Shown piece by piece: positions 13,355-25,620 of a stretch of 64,000 nucleotides of DNA; positions within the stretch are counted from its first letter, which is position 1, and each line of letters starts with the position of its first letter. Below the pieces are notes generated by a model. That model saw only the letters and a list, made by a program, of their open reading frames with translations, ran no database searches and had not been told where the DNA came from. The translations under genes were made by a program, and so were the position numbers. This DNA is from Octopus sinensis. Lineage: Eukaryota. The DNA is taken from assembly GCF_006345805.1 (NCBI RefSeq), contig NC_043008.1, positions 6,386,001 to 6,450,000 on the forward strand, in the 5' to 3' direction.

Positions 13355-13975
13355 CACAACCGGTGGATACAACCAGTTTAAATGCAAACTTTACTCTAGC
13401 ACTCAATACCCTACCAATGCCCTACAATTCTTGGGTTGTATGGTTGTGGACTGTTAAATTTATTTATTGAAAGCAGTCATACCTAACCTCGCTCAGGTTT
13501 ATAGATGCCTAAAATAAATACAATCTTATGAATTCACTGTATTTTGAATAAATTACTTTTAAAAGATGGAGACAATCTTCAATTCATTAAGAAATATCAA
13601 CCATCAGAAATAATGCATCAAAACAACCAGATAAATGTTTTAGCGGAATTTCAGAAAAATGGGCCAAAAATAAATATAAATATAAAATGTAAATAAAATT
13701 CTACTCTTACATTTTTTAATTTTCTCAGAAAACATTTGTTTTCAAAATACTCTATTAATTTTCATAATTACTTTAAGAATGACTTTTCCAATCAGTAACA
13801 TTTTTCAGTGTCTGTTGCAGTGATTTGTGGTATATAAATATTTGTAATTTTTCTGTCTGGAGTTTAAAATTTCAGGAAAAGTCGAATTGTCTGTGACCTT
13901 TTTCTCAAATAGATATTCCTCTCTGCAAAATTTAAACTGCTTATGTACACAAGTTTAGTGTACAAGGCAGAACAT

Positions 13976-14009
<34 letters not shown>

Positions 14010-14081
14010 CTCCAATTACTTTTGTATGTTAAAATGGGTTGCTTTCTTAAAAGACTGTGATTACAGCCTATGTAATAGAGG

Positions 14082-14135
<54 letters not shown>

Positions 14136-14140
<5 letters not shown>

Positions 14141-16240
14141 CTTATCAATAGCCTGGATAGACTATAAAATGGCTTTTGATAGCCTACCACATAGCTGGAT
14201 TAGGAAATGCCTTGAAATGTATAAGATAGCACCAACTCTGCGAAACTTCTTGACTGTAAGTATGAGATCATGGAGAACCACACTAACTCTGAACAGTGAC
14301 AGTGAATCCCTAAATGCTGGTGATGTAAAAATTTCGTGTGGCATTTTCCAGGGTGACTCACTGTCACCACTCCTCTTTTGTTTATCCTTAATACCTCTCT
14401 CAAAGCTGCTCAATGACGCGCAGTACGGGTATAAAATGTTTGATAAAAATATAAATCATCTCGTTTACATGGATGATTTAAAGCTTTTTGCAAAAAATGA
14501 TCAACAACTCAAGGGCTTACTAGCGATAGTCAAACAATTCAGTGACGACATCAGAATGCAATTCGGCCTCGATAAATGTGCAAAGGCTACCTTTATCAAA
14601 GGAAAAATGACAGAAACATCTAACGTTAACCTTGACCAACAGAATGTCATAAAAGAACTAGACCCAGCGGAGAGCTACAAGTACCTAGGGGTAATTGAAG
14701 GGAACGGAATAAGGCATTCAGAGATGAAGGAAAGGATCAGGAGAGAATGCTATCGAAGAGTGAGAGCAATACTCAAGACAGAGCTGAATGCAAGAAACAG
14801 GATTGAAGCAATCAATGCATTAGCTATACCAGTCGTGACTTACAGTTTCAATATTGTTAACTGGTCAATTACTGAAATATGTCAGCTCGACAGAAAAATA
14901 AGGAAACTGTTGACAATGCATAGAATGCACCACCCTAAGGCAGATACAGAACGACTCTATCTGCCAAGAAAAGAGGGAGGCCGTGGTCTTTTGCAACTGG
15001 CAATAACAATGAAGATTGCTACAATTGGCCTAGACACCTACCTGAAAAACTCTGAGGACTGGATGTTAAAACTTGTCTCAAAACATGAAAACAAGAAAGC
15101 ATCATACTCAGTCACAAAACAGGCAAAGGAATATCTAAGTGAATTCCGAATACAACCAATTTCGGAATTAGAGATAGACATACAAGAAACAAGCACAGAA
15201 AAAGCTAGGTGCATGAAAACCGTGCCAAAACTGCGGCCTTAGATATTCTGAATAATAAATGGCAAGAAAAACCTCTCTACGGCAAATACCCAAAGAGAGC
15301 GAATAATGCAGATATCGACAAAGCCCTGACCCATCAATGGCTAATGGCCTCTGGCTTAAAATCTGAAACAGAGGGGTTTATCATAGCAGCTCAAGATCAA
15401 TGCCTACCAACAAGAAACTACCAGGCCAACATATTAAAGATCAGAAGCAGTCCAACGTGTCGTGTATGCAAGCAACAAAATGAAACCATTGACCATGTGG
15501 TCTCCAAGTGCAGTCTTCTAGCGCCTACAGAGTATCTCAACAGGCACGATAGAGCTGCACAATATATTCACTGGGTAATCTGTGAAAACCTGGAGTTGCC
15601 CCATGAGAAAAACTGGTGGGAACACAAACCACCCCCAGTGCTTGAAAATGACCACATCTCACTCCTCTGGAACTTCACCATTCAAACTGACAGGAAGATA
15701 GATGCAAATAGGCCAGACATCATATTGAAAGACTTCAAACAAAGAACATGCCTCCTCATTGATATGACTGTCCCAATCGATATAAACGTATCTGTCAGGA
15801 CCTACCAAAAACTGAGCAAATATAAAGATCTTGAAATAGAAATCAGCAAAATGTGGAAGCTGAAGACTAAAACAATACCTGTTGTCATAGGTGCCCTGGG
15901 AATGATAGCAAAAGGGGCTGATAGCTACCTAACTCAGATACCAGGAAACCCAAAAATGGCAGAAGTTCAAAAGATAGTGCTCATGGGAACTGCTCATATC
16001 CTACGCAAAATACTCTTTATGTAACCTCAAGGTTTAAAACAACCATAATTTTCGGTTTAAAAAAAAAAAAAAAAAAAAAACTTTTTTTTTTTTTTAGACA
16101 TTAGTACAACATCCCCACCCCCCAAATATATGGCACACTAGGCATAACAACAACATGAACTTCCAACCCTGTTGTCTCTTGAGGTCTCTGGGTGAGACTT
16201 GGAGCCAACTTGTACAAATATAAAGCAAAAGTCAAACATA
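14136..16240 (+). mobile_element. 5'-truncated R4/Dong-like non-LTR retrotransposon (RT + RLE), inserted in (TAA)n
   Basis: RT motifs WIDY(K)xAFDS, GIFQGDSLSPLLF and YMDD; CCHC knuckle CRVCKQQNETIDHVVSKC; RHD and PDIILKD...LIDMTVP restriction-like endonuclease motifs; about 215-bp 3'UTR; (TAA)n on both flanks. Confidence 0.92.
14169..16024 (+). pseudogene. RT-RLE ORF of the R4/Dong-like element, one frameshift near 15220
   Basis: ORFs 14169-15242 and 15209-16024 overlap in different frames and together give a continuous RT/CCHC/RLE polypeptide. Confidence 0.9.
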
Positions 16241-16267
16241 GAATAATAATAATAATAATGATGATGA

Positions 16268-16470
16268 TGATAATAATAATGATAACATTGAAAAATACCT
16301 TAGGAATGAGAACTCAGGTTCGAAATTTCCCCAAGACACCTGATGAAGGCTGGAGGGGATATCAGCCAAAATGTTGTGTTAATAACAAACAAGATGAGGA
16401 CAAATATCTGTCTAATGTAAATAATGTTAATAATGTACATAATTCCTCATCTCTTAAATAAAGAACTGTA
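16268..16470 (+). mobile_element. H1 hammerhead-tail element (mutated core at 16335-16380)
   Basis: Same tail sequence; CTGATGA intact but GAAAC changed to AAAAT. Confidence 0.75.
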
Positions 16471-17097
16471 TTGACACTTTTCTGTTACTAGAATAGATTT
16501 TTTGGCAGAATCATGTTTTTTTTTTTGGTGGGGTGGAATTGATGAAATAAGTTTCTGAAAAATACTGGAGGAATTTCAATTGTCGCTTACTGTTTATTTC
16601 CTTCTAATATAGTTTACCTTGTGCCAAATTAAATGAAGACGGAAAAGAGATATTTTAGTTGAAGTACATTTGTTTAGATTTAAGGAGATGTGAAGACAAA
16701 GTTCAGGTGGGTCAAGAGAATAAAATAAACTAAGAGAGAAGCGGAACAAAAATATTTTACATTACCAAATACATCAGATGGAAGCACCTCTTGACACTTA
16801 CCTGAAAGCAAAGTAAAAAAAAGTTGTATTAGTATTTTGTTATTTACAAATAACTATTTTTTGGCTTTTCTTAACAATTTCAAGACAATTTTTCCATTTA
16901 GCTTAAGTGAGGGGAGACATTTGGATCAGTTGCGAAAACCATACATTTTTTTTTTACTTCTAGATTTCAATCCTGAAGGAAACTGAAAATAATGATTCAA
17001 TCATATATCTGTCTCTTCATTGCAATTCCTTCCATAAATACAGAAATGAATACCTTCTGAACACTTGGCAGCTTTTATAGATCTAAGACATTACATT

Positions 17098-17525
17098 CAT
17101 TTTTTTTTATCTGTTACTAGTTTCAGTCATTAGACTGTGGCCATGCTGGGGCACTACCTTGATGTTTTAGTATATATATATATATATCGTTGGCGATTTT
17201 TTTCCTCTGTCTTCCATTCTCTGGATCTTTCCTTCACCTATGTTTCCGACGAAGAGCTCCGCTCGAAACGTTAAACCCTCCTTCTTTCCTGAGCGTCCAA
17301 TAATACTATATTTGTTCCACATCCTCGCGTTGTTGTTTTTTTGTGCTTTCTTGTTTGGATTAACTATATATATATATATACGATGGGCTTCTTTCAGTTT
17401 CCGTCTACCAAATCCACTCACAAGGCTATAGTAGAAGACACCTGCTCAAGGTGCCATGCAATGAGACTGAACCCAGAACCATGTAGTTGGGAAGAAAGCT
17501 TCTTATCTCACAGCAACATCTGTGC
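17098..17525 (-). mobile_element. SINE family A, internally deleted and interrupted by the H2 element
   Basis: Head at 17370-17525 and tail at 17098-17170. Confidence 0.75.
17188..17364 (+). mobile_element. H2 short element with minimal hammerhead motif, inserted in (TA)n
   Basis: gttt-CCGACGA-a-gagc(tcc)gctc-GAAAC-GTT-aaac at 17242-17276; (TA)n on both flanks. Confidence 0.7.
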
Positions 17526-17830
17526 TTATATGTTGAAATAAACAACACAAGTATAGAAGGCTTTATGGTTGCAAATATAAACAGAGACATGGTGACCCAC
17601 AAACTGGAACCCAACAACAACAACAAATGGTTGCATGAAATGTCTTCTGCATGCTTTTTGCTGTACATTGATAACATCTTGGAAACTAAAGGTGCTCTAG
17701 CTGAGTACCGCAATGAGTTTGAAAGATGGAAAATGCTACTAGAATGCATTGCTGCTAGATACATTCATCTTTGAACCATGGCACTGTAAAGAGTTCTTGA
17801 GCTAATTCTAACTTTTGCAGCACTTAGGTA

Positions 17831-18342
17831 CCGTAAATCCTCGAGTATAACCCACATTTTCCCCCCAAAATTTAAAGGTGAAAATCCCTAGTGTGTACTA
17901 TATACGAGGTTAAAAATGAAAATTATTTTCTAAGCAATGTCCGAGTCTCTATTTGCTGTCCGGCAATGTTTTTTCAGATGCATTTTGTGATCTCAGGTGT
18001 GAAAATATCTTAAGCTAAGCCTGAAAGCAAGGAAGTCATAAAAGAATCATCCATAACTTGCAGTAAGCAACATTTACTAAACGTTATTACTGTTATTTCT
18101 TCATTTTCTGCAAACAAAATGCATAAAAAAGCTACACGTTTGCATTATGTTATATATACAATAATAATAAAGGACGTTACCGTATACAGTTTTACAAACC
18201 AAGGATATTATATAGACCTCCTTGACTCAAGTTAGAGAAGGGGTGCGTATTATACACAAGGTTTAGGTTTTTCAGAGGTACAGCCCCCTAAAAATCCCCT
18301 GCGTATTATACTCAAGGGTGGACTATACTCGAGGATTTACGA
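17831..18342. mobile_element. Tc1/mariner/pogo-type MITE
   Basis: TIR ccgtaaatcctcgagtata / tatactcgaggatttacga, TA on both sides, repeated subterminal gtaytatacwcragg motifs. Confidence 0.85.
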
Positions 18343-18507
18343 TACTTGATATGATTGTAATTAGGTAGGAATGTCAGTGAGTATGCTGAAGGTTTTAAAC
18401 TTGACGAATGTTTTAACAGCTAAGATGGAGATAAGAGAGAAGTTGCAGGAGAGAGAATCGGGAAGGAAAAAAGAGAAAGGAAGAGCGACAGGAAAAGATA
18501 CTTGTGC

Positions 18508-18550
<43 letters not shown>

Positions 18551-19024
18551 AGAGAGAGAGAGAGAAAGAGAGAGATAATGTGGGAGAGAAAGAGAAAGAG
18601 AGTTGGACAGACAGACATATAAACAGACGTTTACACACACACACACACACACTATTAAACAGATGGAAAGACAGACACACAGAGAAGTAGATAGAAATAT
18701 AAGTAAAAAAGTAGAGAGAGAGAGGGGGGGATTGAGAAGAGAAAGAAATTAGTTACAAAAAAATTGTTAGAAGGTTCCAAATCAATAGAGGCACACGATA
18801 TGGTTAATTAAATACTTTTATTTTTTTTTTTTTTCAATTTTCAAAATGTTAGCTTTAATAAAATCAATATCTTTTATTATAGTCAAAAATCGATACCAAT
18901 GCTAAATCATTAATTTACACACCACTTTCGACTTCATTATTGAAAATGCTTCTCACCGGCCGCATTAAGCTCTCAATGACTTAACTTGCCTTAAACACTT
19001 TACAATATTCAGCATATATTATTA

Positions 19025-19064
<40 letters not shown>

Positions 19065-20331
19065 CATTATTATTATTATTGTTATTATTATTATTATTAT
19101 TGCTATTATAAATATTATTATTTTTAGTGATTTAACAAAATACCTTTTGGCATTTGTTCTAACTCTTTACATTCTAATTTCAAGTCCCACAGAGGCCAAC
19201 GTTCTCTTTCATCGTCCTGGGGTACAAGAAGTGGGGGATCAATAAAATAAAGTGACAATCAAACATTACAAGCAGCTTAATTGATTCCCCGACCTCTCTC
19301 TCAAATTGCTGGCCTTGTGCTCTTGTTGTCTGTGTTTAAAGCTCTTTGAAGATATCGTTATGAAAGAATTATCATTATTATTATTATCATTATTATTATT
19401 ATTATTATTATTGTTATTATTATTATTATTACTATTATTGTGGATTGTATTATTAGGTAGGAACTATGTGGAACACATGATCTGGGAGTTGTTATAGTAT
19501 CTAGTATCAATTATGGAACAATATATGTTCCATTATTTTATTGTTTGCTGCTTATATTGTTTCATAGAGTTACGTGTTGTGTGAATCATATAATTTTATT
19601 GGGTGACAATTATTAAGGAATCCGTTGAGTGCCGAGAATGATTTATTTGAGTTGTAGCATTGATCTGAAAGTGTCTTGCACAAGATAAAGCTTCTATCCA
19701 ACAGACTAACCTGTGTGAACTAGAAATGGTTTCAGTGTTTTGCTTCATATTCTTCTCTTCTTGTCTCACTCAGTGTTGTAATTTTTATTAAAGCCATTTC
19801 CACATTCCTGTTGTACATCTTGCACTTTTTTAATTTCGAGATTCTCATTCTTTGATCATTCCACCATTTCCTTCTTCGCAGTGTTTTGCCCAGAATGGAT
19901 CAAGATGTTTATCACAGTAGAAACATTGTTTTTTGTTCCAGTTCTTATTTTATCTTGATGGTTCCCTTTGATCTTCTTAGTCTTGAAAGACATATTCCTA
20001 AGGATTATGGTCAAGTTGTCATGTGTTATGTCAAGTACATTTCACTTCTTATTTTTCCATTCCTGTTTTGGTCAATTGCCCAGCAATACAACTTTCCATT
20101 ATTTTTGCTCTTGTTCCTGGCTAAGCTTTGAGCTTACACAGCTAAAATCAAATCTGCTTTAGGCCAGAGATTTGAGACCTAGTTGGATTTCATTCTATTT
20201 AACTTTGGCATCCATTCATCAGAGTGCTATAAATTAAGTTCCAGTAATTTAATCGACTATAGCTCTCCACCACTCAAATTGCAGTTTTGGTCACCCTTGA
20301 GTAGAAGTTAGGTAAAAAACCTCAATAAATA

Positions 20332-20895
20332 TGGGCATGGCTGTGTGGTAAGAAGCTTCCTATCCAACCAGATGGCTTCACATGGCAAGTGTCTTCTACT
20401 ATAGCCTTCAGCAGACCAAAGCCATGTGAGTGGATTTGGTTGATGGAAATTGAAAGAAGCCCATCATATATACAGGCTGGCCCAAACGTAGGTCTATGGT
20501 TATCCAGTGCACTTTAAATTTCTTTTAAAACATTTTATTACCTTTAAATTTCTATCTTACAATTAACTAAATTAGCATAGAATAATTGCTTCATATTTTT
20601 CTATAATTAAGATCTAAACTGTTAATATGTGTGTGTTCTTTCATCAACAGCCATTATTTTTTTCCTTTCTCATTATTATTTTCAAATCATTCACTTCCTT
20701 TGTCTAAGATAGAGTTAAAGACAGAGAAACAGTGGAGAGGAAGAGTAGACAAGTTAAAAAAAAACAAAAACAGTAGTGTGGAACTAAGAATTTATGGCCA
20801 ATGGTCATATGAAAATAAAGGAGATAGTTGAATAAATGTAAATCTACTTTTGGGCCAATCTGTATATACTATATACATGCATGTGTGTGTGTGTG

Positions 20896-20951
<56 letters not shown>

Positions 20952-21150
20952 TGTGTGTGTCTTTGTGTCTGTGTTTGTCCCCCACTACTGCTTGACAACC
21001 AGTGCTGGTGTGTTTACATCCCTGTAACTTAGCCATTTGGCAAAAGATAAGTACCAGGCTTTAAAAAATTAAGTACTGGGGCTAAAAATTCTTCGAGGCA
21101 GTGCTCCAGCATGGCCGCAGTCTAATGACTGAAGCTAGTAAAAGGTAAAA
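20332..21150 (+). mobile_element. SINE family A split by a MITE
   Basis: Head at 20332-20472 and 3' half at about 20950-21150. Confidence 0.7.
20473..20862. mobile_element. Tc1/mariner-type MITE inserted into the (TA)n of a SINE
   Basis: Imperfect TIRs caggctggcccaaacgtaggt / atctacttttgggccaatctg, TA flanks; splits a SINE-A copy. Confidence 0.7.
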
Positions 21151-23206
21151 CAAAATTCCTTATCTTTGCCAGTCATCATCGATGAACGTCCAAAGATGGA
21201 TTGAACTTCTGTGATATTTGTACTCTTGAAAAGAGTATGGAATAATACAGTTTTTCATTTTAACTTTCCGAGTTCAAATTCCACCAAGGCCGACTTTGCC
21301 TTTCATCCTTTTAGGGTCGATAAATTAAGTACCAGTTGCATACTGGGGTTGGTGTAATTGACTGGTCCCCTTCCCCAAAATTTCGAGCCTTGTACCTAGA
21401 GTAGAAAAGTATAATTCCTGGTTGCTTTGTTAGTTATTTAATTTCACTCACACAAACACACACATATGCACATACTCATGCATGCACACACACACACACA
21501 CTCACACACACACATATATATGTGTGCGTGTGTTTGAACTTATGTATATGTATGTTATTTGTTTACATTTGCTCCTCTTCGAAATGCAGATAAAAGTTAT
21601 TTCCAGTCTCCTGTCGACAAACCATCTGCTACCTTCCCACCTTCATACAGTCATAGGAAAACAATAAGGGTTAGAGGCAGGAAATGCATTAAGCTGAAAA
21701 AATGCTTCAATAATATATTCATCTAACCAATGCTAACATGGAAAAATGAATGTAATAACAAATGAACAAATAAATGAGCTTATAAGACAATCAGGTGTTA
21801 GTTGAACTATTCTGCATTGTGTCTGCAAATGTATTTCAATTTAAAGCAGAAAGGAATTAAGAATGTTTCTACTTTACACTGCTGTCAATTGACTCTGGAT
21901 GCCAACTACTGTCTGGGTATATTACTTACTTATCTTTAATAATTTACAAGACACCATACAGATATGGGTTACAGAGAGACAGGAAGTAAAAGAGAAAGGG
22001 AAAAAATGGAAGAGAAAGAAAACACACTCGTGACAAATTTTTCTCAAGAATTTAATAAAGAAAACAGAAAATCAAATAAAATAATTCCCAGTGAGTTTCA
22101 ACAGCCATTATTTTTTTTTCCTCTCTCATTATTATTTTCAAATCATTCACTTCCTTTGTCTAAGACAGAGTTAAAGACGGAGAAACAGTGGAGAGGAAGA
22201 GTAGACAAGTTAAAAAAAAACAAAAACAGTAGTGTGGAACTAAGAATTTATGGCCAATGGTCATATGAAAATAAAATATCAAGTTATTGACAGGTCAAGA
22301 TCATTATCTCTTTAAACGGTTCGAAGGATGTTGGCTGATATTTGTTTTAGCAGTTCTACTTTCACTTTCAAATTTTTTTGTAGCACACATTTAAAAAAGG
22401 CATACATGCACACACGTATATCATACATTAATTTTAGCACAGATGAAAGAACACACATACACACACACACACAAACACACGTGCAGGAACATGCACATAC
22501 ATATATATATATATATATACACACACATACATATATACTTTATTAATAGCTGTTGCTATGATTCTAAAGACAAAAAAAGAATTGGAGAGTCGGGTAATAA
22601 ATATGAAAAAAAAAAAAAAAAAACTAAATGAAATTAAAAAAATTAATTCAAATAAAGATGTATATAAAATTAAAAAAAAAAAGGTATTAAATAAAATTCT
22701 TTTCTGAAATTATTTAATGCTTGAATAAGAATTAATTCAGAGTGGAATTCAATAAAATTCCAAAATTAATAAAAGACTTCCTTTTTCGTATTCTTAGAGA
22801 TCAGACAAGGTTAATAAATGAATGCAAGGTAAAAACCCGTCTTCCATTCATTGTGTCCTTCAAAAGAGATGTTATGAGACTCGGCTATTGATATCTCATT
22901 GCTGCATGTATAAACTTCACTTGGGTTATCACAATTTAACATATACTTTATTTATTTATTTATTTTAAGTATAAAATGTTAGTGATGGGTATTCAGTTTT
23001 AGTTTGCATCAGAGCTGTTAACCTTGCACCCAGTTGTTGAAATCTTCTCAGAACAAAACTATATCATAACTAATAACACTGGTATATTTTTTTTTAAATG
23101 GAAATAGTGTACTAAAAGTATTTAATGGTTTTTAAATGCCAGTGAGGCGAATGATCTTGTCAAAGAGATCTATTCCAATGTTTTGGAACTTCAGTGACAA
23201 AGATAG

Positions 23207-23643
23207 AAAGAATTACTCTGAGAAAGTTACTCAGAGGGAATTGCTGTGAGGGAGTTGCTTGGAGGGAATTGCTGTGAGGGATCTGAGAGAATTGCTCCAA
23301 AGATGTTGCTCAGAGGGAATTGCTCTGAGAGAGTTGCTTGGAAGGAATTACTCCAAATGAGTTGCTTGGAGGGAATTGTTGTGAAAGAATTGCCCAGAAG
23401 AGTTGCTCTGAGGGAATTGCTCTGAGAGAGTTGCTTGGAAGAAATTACTCCAAAGGAGTTGCTTGGGGGGAATTGCTCTGAGAAAGTTGCTCCAAAGGAG
23501 TTGCTCAGAAGGAATTGTTCTGGGAGAGTTGCCTGCAGGGAATTACTCCAAAGGAAATGCTTGGAGGGAAATGCAGTGAGGAATCTGAGAGAATTGCTTC
23601 AAAGAAGTTGCTCAGAGGGAATTGCTTTGAGGGTATTCCTCTG
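23207..23643. repeat. Degenerate 14-bp minisatellite, about 30 units
   Basis: Units such as gagggaattgctct / gagagagttgcttg / gaaggaattactcc. Confidence 0.85.
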
Positions 23644-25217
23644 AATACAAATATATTTAGACATTGCAGATATGAAACTGTTTGTTTACCTTACTTTAAA
23701 TTCATTTTACCATTTTTCTAAAATACCATGTAAGGTGTTGATTTAAAAGAGTTGATAAAGCATCAGGTAAAAGGTGCACTTTTAGTTTTGGTTCTCTGTA
23801 GTCTGAGTTCAAATCTCAATAAAGTCAACTTTGCCTTCCATCCTTTCACATTTGAGCAGTAAAGTTTTCGGATCAATACTTTATCTCTCTCTCTCTCTCG
23901 AAGAAATCAGTTGTCTTCAGAATAGAATAGGAATGGTCTTCACCAGATTTAAAATGCTTGAGACAAGCTGTGTGCTATGCCACAATGGCATTTCTGTGAT
24001 GCCATCAGTGGGTTAGGACTCAAAGAAGGGAGCAAAAAAATTACTTTATGCAAAACGGTTTTTGCATTAGGGTTTCAAATTTCCATGTTGCTGATACAAA
24101 TAATTTCAAAGGTGGATGACCGCTCTACCTCTGGCCATAATGACCATCAAGTGTACATAGAACTATTTTTATTTAGAAATTAGAGAACCAGAAACATAAT
24201 GGATGTTGCCAAGAAGTACAACATAGTAAAATACCAATTCCTTTTTCTAAGTATATATGATCAATAATTCAACACAATAGTCTCATTCCACACTTTTGCA
24301 CATAAATGAGTGTTATGTCTGTAATGAGAGCATCCATAAGCATGACCATATTTTGGATTTATTGAAAGAAAATAAATTGAAATATGTGATTTTCATTGCT
24401 TTTGCTGATTAGTGAGATATTAAGTAGAATCCAACATGGAATCAAATTTGATTAATAATTCCAATATGAATAAATTTCCAACCAAATTGTGACCACCTCC
24501 AATGTATTTTGTCTTAGTGTTGTTGATTAGTCTTAATAGTTATTTGGTGCCAGTGGTGGTTTGAAAGTGAACTTTTAGGTACCGAAAATATTTCAAAAAC
24601 CATCAAAGATCCAAGTTTGGAATCAGGAATCAGAAAACTAAATTTCAGAACTTATTCCACTATATGCTACAAATACTGTATAGAGCAGTTAATTAATTAC
24701 ATAAATTGTTATTTATGTACACAGAGTACCACAGAGACAACAGTTAACAGCTGTAGAAGAATATGAATAAAAAGAATCAGTGGCCTTCATCATAAACCAA
24801 TATATTTCCCTGTACTATCAATAATGATAATCATTTTTAAGAATTTCTAATAACCTTGGGGTTTGTTAATTTGAGCCATTCCAGTACTTAATGGGTAGGG
24901 ATTTCATAGACTTCAGGTGTGGTAATGACAAAGTGATTAAAAAAAAATGATTAAATATATTTTAAAGAAATAAGAAAAACAGGAACAAGAATTTAATCTT
25001 TATTGACTTTACAAAGATATTAGTGACCCAACAGAGATTAATCCCAACTGGGGACCAAAGTGTGGATCATAGATGCAAAAATTACATCACCAAAGTTTAA
25101 AGTCAATATTCCTGGGTTTTATTTCTAGTTTTTTTGTTTTACTATATTTGTCTGTCACCATTTGTTTTTATAATAAGGATTCCTTTTAATTTGTTACAAA
25201 GAAAACTTAGAAGTATA

Positions 25218-25620
25218 GGCACAGGAGTGGCTGTGTGGTAAGTAGCTTGCTTACCAACCACATGGTTCCGGGTTCAGTCCCACTGCATGGCACGTTGGGC
25301 AAGTGTCTTCTACTATAGCTTCGGACCAACCAAAGCCTTGTGAGTGGATTTGGTAGATGGAAACTGAAAGAAGCCCATTGTATATATGTATTTGTGTGTA
25401 TATGTTTGTGTGTCTGTGTTTGTCCCGCAACATTGCTTGACAATCGATGGTGGTGTGTTTACGTCCCCATGACTTAGCGGTTCGGCAAAAGAGAGTGATA
25501 GAATAAATACTATGCTTCGAAAGAATAAGTTCTGGGGGTCGATTTGCTTGACTAAAGGCAGTGCCCCAGCATGGTCACAGTCACATGACTGAAACAAGTA
25601 AAAGAAAAAAAGAGTAAAGA
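25218..25620 (+). mobile_element. SINE family A, full length
   Basis: High similarity to 10943-11375. Confidence 0.9.

Noticed and set aside
17487-17774. 95-aa ORF with a helical-looking C-terminus
   Set aside because: Starts inside a SINE head, with no convincing splice signals or recognised motif.
19878-19925. CFYCDKH...KHC resembling a gag zinc knuckle
   Set aside because: Spacing is not CX2CX4HX4C and surrounding frames have stops; too weak.
20644-20819. Similar ORFs at 20631-20831 and 21964-22290
   Set aside because: The similarity comes from the DNA duplication; the peptide has no coding hallmarks.
23207-23643. Resemblance of regularly spaced repeats (also 54661-54957) to a CRISPR array
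   Set aside because: Contiguous tandem units without unique spacers, eukaryotic context, and no cas genes.
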